Below, piece by piece: positions 22,528 through 35,090 of a stretch of DNA of 64,000 nucleotides; position 1 is the stretch's first letter, and each line of letters starts with the position of its first letter. The notes under the pieces were generated by a model. That model was not told the origin of the DNA and made no database searches. It saw only the letters and a list, made by a program, of their open reading frames with translations. The position numbers and the translations under genes are program-made. The DNA is from Lama glama (Eukaryota), in contig CM052834.1 of assembly GCA_028534125.1 (NCBI GenBank), forward strand, positions 2,542,001-2,606,000, written 5' to 3'.

Positions 22528-25113
22528 GTCGCGGCCCGGCTTGAGAGGTGGGGCTCACGCTGAGGCTAAGGAGAGGGGTGTGTTCACACCTAGAGCCATC
22601 TCTGTACGCAGTAGGTAAGGCAACATCTAGAACATTGTGACCACCCATATCCAGAGGCAGCGGGTCCCAGGAGCTGGCCTGCCCCCGACACCGGGCTGCC
22701 TGCGATGAATTCTTCGAGGCACTTGTAGGGGTGTGTCTGGCACTTATGCAGGTGAAGGGGGCCCACAGGACGCTGTGGGTGAGTGCGGGGCTGTGCATTG
22801 CACCAAAACAGACAAAGGGGGCTCTCCCGAGGCAGAAGGTGGTGGGAAAACAGGGCTGCTGAGGGAGGGCAGCCTGCTCCAGGTGAGGATGTGCTGACCG
22901 GCGCCGTGTGGGCTCCGGCCCCTGCCGTGTCCAGATCTCTGCAGAACGCTGACTTCTTTTCTGGACCCCTGTGTGCTTCCAGCATCGTGTCCTACCCTCT
23001 CCAAGGAGCTCGTGACCGTGACACCTCTGAGCAGGGACCCAGGAGGGGCTGTCCTGGGCGCAGAGCTGCTTCCTCACAGGCAGGGCAGGCATGGCTCCGG
23101 GGAACGGCTTCCCCGCTCCCAACTCCAGTCCTTTTTGTGTGCCCCATCAGAACCTGCCTTATCCTGGGCTTCTGTCCCCTCCAACCCTGTCTCACCTCCC
23201 AGGCGCGAATAAGGTCACAGTTCCAGAAAGCTCTGGGCCGTCCTCTCCCTCTGCAGCAGCCGTCTGGGCGGGATGGTGCCCAGGGAAGAATCACAGCGAA
23301 CCCTGCCCTCAGCCAGGCGGGCCTCCCCCAGGACAAGGCTGCGCAGGGCACACACGCCCATCACCCTGAAGCCACCTGCACGAGCCCGGCTGACCTCCAT
23401 GAAGAACGCAGGGGCCCCACCAGGGGCAGACGTGGGCCAGCACGGCACCCCCTGCCACCCCTGCCTCCCGCAGGCCCCTCGGCAGGAGGAACACAGCACT
23501 CTCCCTTGCAGCCCTCACGTGGTAAGACTTGTCCGTCTGATACCCAGCCCTGCAGAGACTTAGGAGTCGTGGTCATTTCTCGATTGTCGGCACGAGTCCC
23601 AGGGAGCCGGAGGGCCACAGAGATCATCAGGGCACGGTTTTGCGGCCTCGGCACTGCCTGGGGTTGCTGGGAAGCCAGTCTCTCTTTTAATGAATTCGCG
23701 TTGGAGACCCCCTGGAGGATGGCGCAGCCAGGGCTCCGACAGTCCCCCGGGGGAGCCCGGGGCCGGGATTCTCTGTGCATGAGGGCAATGCCTCTTCTGG
23801 GGGTGTGCGGCCTCGGTGCAGTTGGAGCTGTGTTGGGGGCAGCACTGACCCAGGAATGGGAAAGAAAACACCCTTCACCTGGGACCGATCCGGGTCAGCA
23901 AGGGATGGGGGAGGCAAGGTGTGGCCTTTCCCAGCGTGGTCTCCGCATCACAGGGGGCCTCATGTCAGGGATGGGAAGCAGGAGCAGGGGGACCAGGACC
24001 CGGGAGACGGGGAAACCGGCGTGGGTTCTGGTGTTGGGAGCTGCCCACTTGCGACAGGCACGTGGAGGGGCCCCACGGCTGTCTTACGAGTTGACATGCG
24101 TTCTTTGGAAAACTGGCAGCATCCGTCCCCGGTATTTGCGAGGACCTCCTTTCTGTTCTCCCTCACTCTTCGGGAAAGTTCAGCAACTCAGGGATGAAGG
24201 AGAGAACCTCAGCGGGGGCTCTATCCACTCCGGGAAGCGGAGCGGGGCCCCTGCAGGCGGCCGGGGGGTCCAGGAGCCAGGACGGGGAGGTTCAGGGCAA
24301 AGCGCCCCTCTGCTCAGAGCTGCACCTTCTCAGAGACTCCAGCTTTGCAGGGTCTGAGATTCAGTTTAATCAGGAGGGAGGTTTCTCCCACCAACATTAA
24401 GAGCTGAAAGTGGTTTTAAAAGCCTGGCCTTCCCGAGAATCAGGCCACAGACAGGAGACCCGCGAGGGGCACCTGCTGGAGACGGGGCCTGGGGCCGTGG
24501 TCTCCCAGGGGAACTGCTCACGGGGGGGGGGGGCAAGGGGGCCGCCTGCTCCCTGTCCCGGGGGCTCCACCCTGCCTGCCGCAGCCCAACCCCAGCTCCC
24601 CACCGCCTGGCTCCTGGGCCCTGCAGGGAGGAACCAGGCCACCACAGGCACACTCCCCTCCAGGTGAGGAGGGTGGAGGGGAGGGCTGGGGCTTCTGGGG
24701 GCAGAGCCGTCTGGAACCCCCGCATCCAATGCACTTTTGGAGCCACGGAGGCAGGAGGAGGAACGCTCTGCACTCACAGGGGGGCCCCGTACCGAGCGCA
24801 GGTGTACCCAAGGGGCCTGGGGCTGGAGCTGGGAGGCAGTGGAGTCCCCAGGGGCCACACCTGGCGAGGCTCTGGCTGTGGCTCCCAAGGGGATCCGTAT
24901 CCTGCCTGGGGATTCTGGAACAAGCGCTCGGAGTTGGTGGGCGGAGGCCGAGGGCCCCCCGCCTGGGTGGAGCTGCAGGAGCCACAGTCTCAGGCACTCG
25001 GTGGGTCGGAAGGGGCTGGCACAGAGTGTGGGGAGTTACCCCGCAGGCCCGGCCGATGGGATCTGGGCACCTGAACTCAAGGGGAGCAACTGGAGGGGAC
25101 GTGGCTGGGCATG

Positions 25114-25173
25114 TTAGTAAGAATGCAGCTGGAGCCTCCGGTGGAAGCAGCAAGTGAGGGTCATTCCGCAGAC
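25114..25173 (-). CDS. TSPAN11: TSPAN11 last coding exon
   Basis: ctccag|GTC...TAC TAA; [19 protein letters not shown]; too short to appear in the ORF track. Confidence 0.92.
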   Translation of the reverse strand, partial: VCGMTLTCCFHRRLQLHSY

Positions 25174-28100
25174 CTGGAGGCAGAGAGAGCAGGCACGGAG
25201 GTCAGAGCCACCATTCTGCGGGCCGGCGAGCCCTGAGCCGGCTCCCCGCCAGGCGCACTTGTGGACCCCAATCAAAAGCAGGCCCGGGTGGGCCCGAGAT
25301 TCTGCACGGCTGACAAGCCCCCGGGGGAGACTCGGGGTGGAGCTGGGGACGCACTGAGAATGACTGGCCGGGAGCAGTGTTTCTCACACTTGAGCAGGCA
25401 CGCATGGCCTGGGGACCTTGTCCTTATACCATAGGTGACAATTCTGGGGCCCGGGGAGGGCCTGCCCTATGGCGAGCATCCCGTCCTCGCTGCTGGGCTG
25501 TGTTCCCGGAGCTTCCCCAGGGATGGCCCGAGTGACTTAGGTCCCGTGTGGTAACATCTCCACTCCCTCGCTGCTGTCTGCAGCAGCCTTTCTCTGGAAA
25601 GAGTCTGTGTCTTGCTGCTCTCAGACGCCAGAGCCAAACTGGGGCCTGAGTCGAGTGTCTGGCTGATATGCAGGAGGGAAATTTGAGGCTCTGATGTGAG
25701 CCTCCCAGAACTGGCACCGTCCTGTGAATTAGCTGGGGATGCGGCCCCCACCCCGGGCCCAGAGCCTGCTGCCAGCCCCTCCGTCACATCCACTAGCTGC
25801 CTGACACCGGGCAGTGCTGGGCCATCACCTCTCGAGTCTCAGTTTCCCATCTTTAAACTCCACCCTTTATTCCTCACCTTGCTCTCCGTGCGCCTCCTCC
25901 TTCCTCCTTTCCCTCTCCTCCCAAACCCAAGGATGCGCTGAGGACGGGACGGTGGGGATGGGTCAGAGCAACGAGCCCAGGACCGTGGTGGTGCTCTGGC
26001 AATGACGACGCCACCCGCTCCTGGCTCCCTGCCCGCAAGAGGTGGGCACGGGCTGAGGAGGGTTTCCCAAGTACAGCAAACAGTGCCCCATCTGCCCCCA
26101 CTCTCCCAGCGGCTGCTGCTGACCTGGTCCTGCCAGGGCACGCCTGGACGTCCACCCAGGAGGATGGGCTGAGGGGATGTCCCGGGGCTGCAGGCACGAG
26201 CTGTGAGGCTCAAGGCGGGCGCAGGGGTGAGCCCTTCTGTGTCCCCCTCCTCCCTCCCCTCCATCCCCACGTGGGAGGGTCACCCCTGGGAACACAGCTT
26301 TCAGCTTTCAGCCTTGGTGCTAAGAGCGGTGCTAAGCCACCCCTGGGACTCGGAGCCGCATGCTGAAAGGTGGCTTAAAGCGGGTGGCTGTCACAGCCAT
26401 CCCATCCAGGGGTCGCGCGGGCCCCTCATGGTTCGATGACTTGTCCTGTGGGGTTATCTGGGTCTTTCTGATCCTTGCCAAGGGGGAGGCCGGATGGGGA
26501 GGGTTAGACCAGCACAGACTTGTGTCCGTGTCCCCTGTGGTGCATGTCTCACGCCGGGTAGGACCGCGAGGGCTGAGCGTCCTGCACGCACACTCTGTGC
26601 ACGGTGTGTGTTCCCAGGGTGCCCCCCAGGGAAGGCACAATGAGGTGGACATCCGTGCGTGTCCGGACACACATACACACGCCACCCTGATGCAAGCAGA
26701 CGGGCCATGGACACTACCTGGTCCCCAAGTGAGCACCAGTGTCCCCTTCCTGACTGAGGACTCGGAGGAACCCACACAGACAGCTCCGAGCGGCCAGCAC
26801 CGGGGCGAGTGAGGAGAACACAGGACGAGGGGCTGCAGGAGCAGGGGCGGCAGACGGTGGGCGGGACGGGCTGCAGGGCCCAGCCGGCGCGGGTACGGGG
26901 CATGGCGCCCTCCTGGCCGCCTGCCTGGACGCGGAGCTTGCCAGGGCAGGGCTTCAGCTTCTTCTGAGGGTTTTGAGCAGCGCCTGGCTGTCATCAAGGC
27001 CATCAGCGAAGGGCCAGGGAGGTCCCAAGAAGCCATTGCAAGAGGACCTTTCCGTTTCCCTTCTAGTGCCCTGCAGATCCTGGTCCCATGTCTTGCGAGT
27101 TCTCTGGACTCATGCTTCCACCTTGCAACGCGGGCATTTTAAAGCCCTCTGGGTGATCCCAGCGTGCAGCCCAGGCTGGGACCGCTGCTCAGAGGCTCCG
27201 GGAGACCCCTCCCCCTCCGGCATCCTGGCCGTCCAGCCTGCCCTGGTCTCTGAACAGACCAGTGTCTGGCCCACACATCCAGGCGCAGCAAGGATGCTCG
27301 GCTAGAATCAGGTTCGGGTGACAGTCTGGCCTGAGCACCCCTCGAGGCGGGTGCCCACGTGGGCTCGGGCGGTAGTTCTGAAACTGGCCAGCAGGGGGCG
27401 CTGGAGCCCGAGGCTCGGAAACCTCAGGGATAAGGATGGAGAAAATGGGCCAGGCGATGCCATCTCAGGGACGTGAGGAAGCACAGCTCCGCGCTGTGCC
27501 ATGGAGGACGAGCCCCCCGTGGTGGGGGTGAGTGGGGGGCTGCGGGCACCCTGACCAGTGACCTGGCCTCCTTGGCATCACTCCTCCAGCTGGACTCGCC
27601 TCCCCCTGGCCTCAGGCTCATGGGCCCCACTCCCTGCCCTTGACCTCACCGGCCTTGTCTTTAACTTCAGGCTTTCGATGCCCGAGGTCAGGAGGAAACG
27701 GACAGAGAGAGTAGCCCAGGCCTGGCTGGTGTCCGCAGAGCAGGCCCCTAGACCCCCGAAGTCGGAGCAGGAGCTGCAGCACAGAGCACCCCTCCCGGTC
27801 CCACTGGCAGCTCCCCGGGCATCAGTGCACCAGGCAGAAGCCCTGCCCTGGGGCGCGAGGGGCTGTGCGAGCGCCCCTGGCTCGCTGTGCCTGCCCGAGT
27901 GCAGGTGAAGGGGCGGCCTGGTCCAGCCGGGAAACTTCTTGGCTCTTCTGCGAGACGCTGTGCCCGCCTGGCAGCCATACGTCACGGTGGGCACCGTTTA
28001 CTGAGCACCTGCTGGCTCTTGGCCAGGGATCTACGTGCTCACTGCCTAGTCCCTCTAGTCACCAACTGCGGTACAATTAAGCCCATTTCACAGGTGAGGA

Positions 28101-31100
28101 ACCGAGGCTCAGAGATGAAATAACCAACCCTAGGTTGCCTGATCCCCTCCAGAGGGTGGGCCCTCTCCCCGGATCCCTGGGTGCGCAGACGGAGGTGGGC
28201 AGGCAGCGCGGTGATCTGGAAGGAACCGGACACGGGGAGGCTCCCCAAGCCAGCCGCCGGCACCCCTGCTTCCCTCCACGGACTCTGTGTTGGGGGTCGG
28301 AGTTCGGGAGAGCCACGGACCAGGTGCCCAGAGACCCAGTGCCAGTTCAGGAGGTGAGACCCTGAGGAAGTCACCCGCCTGCTCTGTAAATCGGGGAGGA
28401 CATGACTGCTCCCCTGGACGGGTTCCGGCTGTGGTGGGGGTTGGAGAGCACCTGAAGCCACTCGGAGGCTGCAGGAAGCGTCCACCGGGAGGCCTTCCCA
28501 TGCGCAGGCACAGTCAGTGCATTGCCCGCACCCCCTCCTTCCCACGTAACCTCACGGGGCTGGGAAAGGGTCCGCGTGCTGCGGAGGAAGGAGCCGAGGG
28601 GCGAGGAGGTGCCCGCTCACCCCACACGGGAGCAGAGGCAGAACGGGCCTGGGTCCTCGGGTGCCCGGCCACTGCTCGGACCCTCCCTCCACAGCGCTTA
28701 TGGTACCAGGACAGGGAAGGACAGGGCAGGACACAGCTGCTCTAGAACCAGCTGGGCTGACGCGGGCGTGCCGGGCGAGGTGGGCACACAGGACCATTGC
28801 TCGCTGCATCTGCCCGGCCCCTGAGCCCTCTCCACCCTCCACTAGACTCCGGGGCGGTGGCTGGGGGAGGGGCGTGGAGTGATGAAATGGAGCAAAGGGC
28901 ATCGCTCACCCTCAGAGCACAGAGCCAGGTGTGTGCAGGGGCGCACACAGCCCCAGGGGCGTCCACACATGCATCATACACACACACACACAGTAACGAG
29001 CGTGTGTCCATGCACAGACATATACACACATGCACAGACACCCGAACACACAGTGCATCCAGCCCCGACCATGTACACCCAGATGCATGCAGACACACCC
29101 CGGGCCCACGGGACCACAGCAGGCTGTGCACACAGCTCCCGGCGTGCACACACAGGGTGCATGCACATACCTGGGCCCACACTCCCACTCCTCCCGGGGC
29201 TCTCTTCCTTACAAGTTCAAGGTGGCCCCAGGCCCCAGTTGTTTTCCGTCAAGTTTTCTGGGGGAGAGAGTGACCATCTGACTTACCTTTGGCTGCAGAA
29301 GGAAGGAGGTGGGAAGGAGAGGGCAGGCAGGGCAGGGGTGGGCAGAGGGCCATGATCTGAGACCTCTGCCAGTGGGTAAGGGGCTCGGAGCTCAGACAAC
29401 CCCCTCCCCAAATCCCTGCTCTGGCTCACCTGCAGGCAGGCCACCCCGATGCCCACCGCACCCATGAGCAGCAGGTGGTCGGCCAGGAACTGCTCCAGCT
29501 TGGTGATGCAGCCGCCCTGTAAGGTCCAGAAGGCAGGTCACACACACCGTGGCCCAGAAGTGGGTGAGCGTAGGAAGGGAGAGCTGGCAGGGGGCTGGAT
29601 CCGCTCAGCTGAGGGAGGCTAGACACTTAAAGGGCCAGGTCCAGCCTTTCAAGTGCCCACGGGCTTCTCAGGTGACCCAGGTGCAAGCCATGGTGTCCCA
29701 GGACCTCCCAGGGGCAGCTGCCGTCCCCAGGCTCCGTGGGGACCTTTGAAGGCCCGCTGCTGTCTTGTGGCCAGTGAGTAAGTATGACCTCTCCCCACCC
29801 ACCTGCCGAGTCCACCTAGCCAGGCTCCGGGCTCTGGGATGTCCGGCCAGGGCCCCCTGCTAGCCCCAGCCAGCCAGGCACTTACCTCCACCTTGTAGAT
29901 GTTGGAGGGGTGGGCCCGCTGGCCGCAACGGGCCACCACCGTCTTGCAGCAGCTGTCGGGCACCCGGCGGCCCTCAGCCTCCCGAGACAGGATGTAGGTG
30001 CTGTGCTGCCAGTCGGCCGAGCTGTTGCTCCCGCAGCATTTGAACTGGAGCGAGAGGCAGAGGCTGCAGGTGAGGAAGGAGCCTGGGGTCCCCAGCCCCT
30101 CGGTCACGGGGCCACAGGCCTGTCTTCAAATCCTAACGCAATCCCTGTTTGCCATCTGAGACTTTTCCCTCCCCGGTTCTGAGCAGGGAGCTGGACTCTG
30201 GGGCCCTCTCTTTAGGCAGGGGGAGAGTTGGCTGCAGGACACCTGGTCGCTACCTTTTATAAATATACATGTTCCTTTTCACATTCGATTTCATTAAAGG
30301 CCACGACAAGGTATCGAACAGAGCTCCATGTGCTGTACAGCAGGACCTCTTTGCTGACCTATTTTACACACAGTGGCACCTGCAAATCCCAACCCCCCAA
30401 TTTATCGCTACCTCTTCTGTCCACCCAAGTCCTCTGAGGAGGCTGTGCCGGGTGTCCTGGGGGAGGGAGGGCCCGTGAGATGATGGATGGGGAGACGGAT
30501 GCAGGTGGGTCCCCGAGGACCGTGGCTGTGGACCACTGGGCATCAGGCCCATGGCAGGGCCAAACCACAAGGAGGCGGTTTCCCGGTGGTCCACGGAGGT
30601 AAGACCCCAGGGATGGACCCAGCCACGCCAGAGGCTCAGGGGCCCCCACCCAGGCCTTGAGGCCTCAGAGTCCCTGGGTCTGCAGGACACAGAAGTGGTC
30701 CGAGGCCACCATGTGGGCGGATCAGTGCTGGCCAGAGGGGCCAGTGTGGGTGCTGAACATGATGGGCCTCCTGCATGGCTCCAGGGAGCCAGAGACAGCT
30801 GGGCGTGGGCACCTCCTGCCCTCTGAGCTGGGGGCTGAGACCCAAGTCCCCGCAGGGGTCACAGAACTCAGCTGTAGTGAGGCTCTCGGGGGTGTGGGTG
30901 TGGTCGGGTGGAGGTACATCTAACAAGCATTTATTAGGCTCCTGCTGCATGCCAGGAGTGAAGCCAGGCCCTGGGCCTGAATTCGAGTAACAGGCTCCTG
31001 GCTTCCCGGAGCTTTTCACTGACCATCGCTCTAGCAGGAGAGGTTAGAGGACGAAGGGCCGGGGAAGCGCCCCCAGGGGGCGGAGCCGTCCCAGGAGCCA

Positions 31101-33921
31101 GGCGGAGGGAACAGCGCGGGGAGCAGGGAACAGCGCGGGGAGCAGGGAACAGCGCGGACAGCAGGGAACAGCTCGGCTGGGAGGCACGCGGGAGTGTCCT
31201 CTCGTGTCATCGTGTCACCCGCACAGGTAACTTAGCCTCCCCAGGCCTGTTTCGTCCCCTGTAACGTGGGGATAACCATGGGCCTCTGTGCGGGCTGTTG
31301 TGAAGCCTGAGAGTGGCAGCCATGTAAGCACTTGGCTGGGGGCCCTGCACAGGGTAGGCGGTTAGCAAGTGGCACCCCCACGGTCACTGCACATACGTGA
31401 ACACAGACACGTGGGCACATGCGGGGCAGCCCGGAGCCCCTCAGGCCTAAGATGCAGTCTGGGCCCATGTCCCGCAGGCCCCCCGGCTCTAGCTGTGTGA
31501 GGGCCCGAGTCCACGTGCTCTGTGTCCCCCGGGGCCTCCAGCAGACGCCCAGTGCCGGCTCCCTTGCCTCCTGCTGTGCCCCCGTCCTCTCCAGGCCAGC
31601 GCGCTCCAGCCTCTCACTGACCGCAGGGGCCTGCGGGGTGTCAGGCTTGGTGCGCAAGGCTCCAGGGCAGGGATTCAGGCACAGCTCCCACGTGGGAGGG
31701 CCTCTGAGTGCAGAGACGGTGATGATCAGCAGGGCGTGTGCACGCCCGTGTGTACACCGCGCCCTTGGCCACTACATTAGAGGTCACGAGCGCACTGGGA
31801 GCCGGGCCAGTCGGGGGGAGGTGGGTCCGGGGCCTCCTCGGCTGAACGAAGTTGCAGCTAGATCTCAGAGCCCCCCAGGCTCTTTTCTCGCTACTTGCCT
31901 ATGTGTTCCCGCAAAAAGACCACGGCCTCAGGCCTTGGGGGTTCTGTGGACGCAGGATGGAGCCAGGCCCACAGGGCGAGGGCGGGGTGGGTGGCAGGGA
32001 GCAGGGTCCAGGGTGGGCAGGTGGAGCTGCCTCAAATTCTCAGACATGGAACCACCAGGATCCTGAGTCCTCTCTGCCATGATGGAAACGCTCTGTCTGT
32101 GCCATCCAGCTTGGTGGCTGCTAAACACATGTGGCTACTGGGCACTGCGATGTGGCCGGTGTGACCGAGGAGCTCAGTTTTACCTTTGATTTAGATGCAA
32201 GGAGCCAGTGTGGCTAGTGGCTGCCGGACTGGTCCGAGGTCCCCTTGCCCCTCCCCTCCCTCTGACAGGACCATGGGCCTCACTAGACGAATCTGCTGAG
32301 TCTCTTCTGGGAAAGGAGAGACCACCTTTCTGTCCCCCGAGTTCTGGGGCGTCCTTACAGCGGCTCTGCCGACATCCCTCTGCCTGCCCCATCTCACTCT
32401 CACCGAGCCTCACCGGCCAGCTCCGCAGGGAGGAAGGGGGCAGCCCTGCTGATGGGAGGAGCCGGATCCCAGCACAGCCGGCTCCTGCCCACCGGGCACC
32501 CAGGTGGGCAGGTCCTGGAGGTGGTGGTCAGGGGAGCCGTGGTGGAGGCGAGGGCAGAGGAGGAGGAAGGGAAGAACCAGGGCTCTGTAAGCACTTCCGT
32601 GGCAGGAGGGACTTGTACCTACGAGATCGTATTTAACGCTCACACACCCGTGAGGCTTCATTTCAGAGACATGGCAAGGGAAGCTCAGAGAAGGTGAGTG
32701 AACGCCCAGGGTCACACAGGCAGGAAGGGACAGAGGCAGGACCGAGGGCAGAGGCTTCAGGCCTGCAGGGCGGGTGCTTACGTCCTGCTGCAGACGGTCC
32801 ACGGAGGCCGTGATCTCGGCGGCGCCGGGCTGCCGGTAGTTCTCTGCCAGGGTCCGGGTCAAGTGCTGCCTTAGCTCATCGCTCAGCTGGAGGGGGTGGT
32901 GGGGGGAGCAGCGTCAGCAGACCACCCACCCAATCCGGCCCCTAGGCCGCCCCAGCTACCCCAGAGCATGACTGGCTTGAATGGCTGGAGCGGAGGCCTC
33001 CTGCACGGTGACATGGGACCATGGGCGGGAGGCCACAAGGAAGGCGGGGCCCTGGAGATGGCGTTGCAGAGGTGGGGACCCGCGCTAAGGGCTGAGTGTC
33101 TGGCGGAACCGGGAGACAGCAGGGGGACAGAAAGCTCAGAGCTGGTGGGACGGCAAGGCTGAGGCCAGGCACTGGGTGTTTAAATGCAGTTGTCTGTCCG
33201 TACGGCCGGGGGTGGGGTTCCAGGACCAGCGCGGACTTCCCGCGGATGCTCAAGTCCCTCATGTAGAGCCGGGCAGTATCTGATGCAGCTTACGGGCCTC
33301 TTCCTGCGTTCTTCCGAGTCATCTCTGGATTACGGATAATACCCAGTACAACGCCAACGCTGCGTAACTCGTTGTGAATGCGGTGTCAATGCTACAGAAA
33401 TACTTGCGTGTGGCAAGTTCAAGTTTTGCTTTTTGCAACTTTCTGAAACCGCTTTCTGAATATTTTGGGTCCACAGTCGGTTGAATCTGTGGATGTGCAA
33501 CCCATGGAGACAGGGCTGACTGTGTCTGTTGATTTTCATTCTGATTACGAGGTGATAGTCAAATTTACGATGGTTGTTCTGAGGGTGCCCGTCAGATGTG
33601 TGGGCGCTGGTGGGAAAGGACAGCGTGGTCACCTGTCTCTACCAGCCAAGTATCACCCTGGGCGTGACCTCGAACCCTTGATCCACAGAGCACCTGGTGG
33701 GAGGGGACCTGACCACCTCATCTCGTCCAGCGCAGGAAGGTAGGGCTGGGACCGCCCTGCATGCCGCCGCCCCCCACCCCACGCACCCCTCCCCTGCTGC
33801 CCCTCCCGGGGGTGCTGACGGGGAGAGAGCAGGACGGTCCACTCACCCTCTGGTAGTACAGGTGGGCCAGCACCCCCGCCACCAGCTCAACGAGGAAGAT
33901 GACCAGCAACAGGGAGAAGTA
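25114..33921 (-). CDS. TSPAN11: Tetraspanin-11, spliced partial CDS: complement(join(25114..25173,29430..29516,29886..30044,32782..32886,33847..33921)); about 92 N-terminal aa missing
   Basis: Five phase-0 exons with canonical splice sites. The translation [30 protein letters not shown]...[12 protein letters not shown]...PDSCCK...HRRLQLHSY* matches recalled TSPAN11 (CD151-like). Confidence 0.95.
27371..27403 (+). promoter_or_regulatory. CTCF binding site (core plus upstream module)
   Basis: TGGCCAGCAGGGGGCGCTG at 27385-27403 is a near-consensus core. GGTAGTTCT lies 5 bp upstream and resembles the ZF9-11 upstream motif. Confidence 0.7.
28930..29185. repeat. CA-rich low-complexity region
   Basis: Degenerate cacaca/tgca runs. 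Confidence 0.75.
29430..29516 (-). CDS. TSPAN11: TSPAN11 coding exon (TM4)
   Basis: ttacag|GGC...CAG|gtgagc; 87 nt; [29 protein letters not shown]. Confidence 0.95.
29886..30044 (-). CDS. TSPAN11: TSPAN11 coding exon (EC2 CCG motif)
   Basis: ctccag|TTC...GAG|gtaagt; 159 nt; [53 protein letters not shown]. Confidence 0.96.
30250..30415 (-). mobile_element. Short L1 3'UTR fragment in a TSPAN11 intron
   Basis: ccatgtgctgtacagcaggacctc...ctattttac...aatcccaaccccccaatttatc. Confidence 0.7.
31106..31176. repeat. 19-bp minisatellite, about 3.7 copies
   Basis: Unit agggaacagcgcggggagc. Confidence 0.9.
32060..32237. mobile_element. MER3-like (hAT-Charlie) element
   Basis: tctgccatgatggaaa...acacatgtggctactgggcact...tgtggctagtggctgcc. 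Confidence 0.75.
32782..32886 (-). CDS. TSPAN11: TSPAN11 coding exon (EC2)
   Basis: ctccag|CTG...GAC|gtaagc; 105 nt; [35 protein letters not shown]. Confidence 0.95.
33187..33522. mobile_element. MER2-like (TcMar-Tigger) non-autonomous DNA transposon
   Basis: Ends cagt... and ...gactg; ggttccaggacc; cggatgctcaagtccct; ggttgaatctgtggatg. Confidence 0.75.
33847..33921 (-). CDS. TSPAN11: TSPAN11 coding exon (TM3)
   Basis: cctcctag|TAC...AGG|gtgagt; 75 nt; [25 protein letters not shown]. Confidence 0.95.
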
Positions 33922-34403
33922 CTAGGAGGGAGGAGAGAGGGCAGTCACCACGAGGTCCAGCCTGGGCGGGTGGGCAGACAGCCCTGCAGAACCTCAATGA
34001 CAAACATCTCCCCAAAGCAGTGGGGGGCCCCATCTCTCACACCGTCCTCCCACTCTTCCCATCAGCTCTGGACACAACGGCCCCTGCTGGCTGCCGGCAC
34101 GGAGCTCCTCACTCACCCCTTCGCACACTGGTCTGCTGTCAGCTTGTTACTCCATCCACCGGCCAGTATGCACTCAGCACCTACTGTGTGCAGGTGTGGT
34201 AAGTAAGGCAATGCTCACCCTCAACTATTGGTTGAGGGGACGGATGAGTAAGTGATTACCACGTTGTTATAAATGGTAAAATTACGGGGCAAGCTCGAGG
34301 AGGCGGCCCTGGGTGGGGAAGGGCAGTCAGAGAGGGCTTCCTGGAGGAGGTGACACCCAAGTGGCCTCTCTAAGGATGAGATGCCAGGTAGAGGAGGAGG
34401 GAA

Positions 34404-34903
34404 NNNNNNNNNNNNNNNNNNNNNNNNNNNNNNNNNNNNNNNNNNNNNNNNNNNNNNNNNNNNNNNNNNNNNNNNNNNNNNNNNNNNNNNNNNNNNNNNN
34501 NNNNNNNNNNNNNNNNNNNNNNNNNNNNNNNNNNNNNNNNNNNNNNNNNNNNNNNNNNNNNNNNNNNNNNNNNNNNNNNNNNNNNNNNNNNNNNNNNNNN
34601 NNNNNNNNNNNNNNNNNNNNNNNNNNNNNNNNNNNNNNNNNNNNNNNNNNNNNNNNNNNNNNNNNNNNNNNNNNNNNNNNNNNNNNNNNNNNNNNNNNNN
34701 NNNNNNNNNNNNNNNNNNNNNNNNNNNNNNNNNNNNNNNNNNNNNNNNNNNNNNNNNNNNNNNNNNNNNNNNNNNNNNNNNNNNNNNNNNNNNNNNNNNN
34801 NNNNNNNNNNNNNNNNNNNNNNNNNNNNNNNNNNNNNNNNNNNNNNNNNNNNNNNNNNNNNNNNNNNNNNNNNNNNNNNNNNNNNNNNNNNNNNNNNNNN
34901 NNN
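34404..34903. other. Assembly gap, exactly 500 N (unsized scaffold join)
   Basis: Run of N; the round length is typical of Hi-C scaffolding placeholders. Confidence 0.95.
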
Positions 34904-34916
34904 GTCGGGCCTTTAC

Positions 34917-35090
34917 CTTCAAAGATGCTGCCAAGTCCAGCTGCCACCCAACACGATCAACCAGGATAGATGATACTTTCTTATTAAAATTTTGCACTCT
35001 GTGCCAGATCTCAGACAAACTGCATGGCCCCAGCTCATTCTCATCTTTTGTTCTTTTCTTTTCTGAGCCCTTTAAAGCTCTTAACTGAAT
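34917..35090 (-). other. Putative exon of an unidentified gene (174 nt; open in phase 0: IQLRALKGSEKKRTKDENELGPCSLSEIWHRVQNFNKKVSSILVDRVGWQLDLAASLK)
   Basis: Acceptor tttactaacag and donor AAG|gtaaag; only one frame is open throughout; may be 5'UTR or coding. Confidence 0.5.

Noticed and set aside
31106-31176. Repeat array as a possible CRISPR array (also 8006-8083)
   Set aside because: The units are directly adjacent with no unique spacers, and the context is eukaryotic. These are ordinary minisatellites.
34221-35088. ORFs spanning the N gaps (also 52065-52405)
   Set aside because: They are artefacts of N codons.
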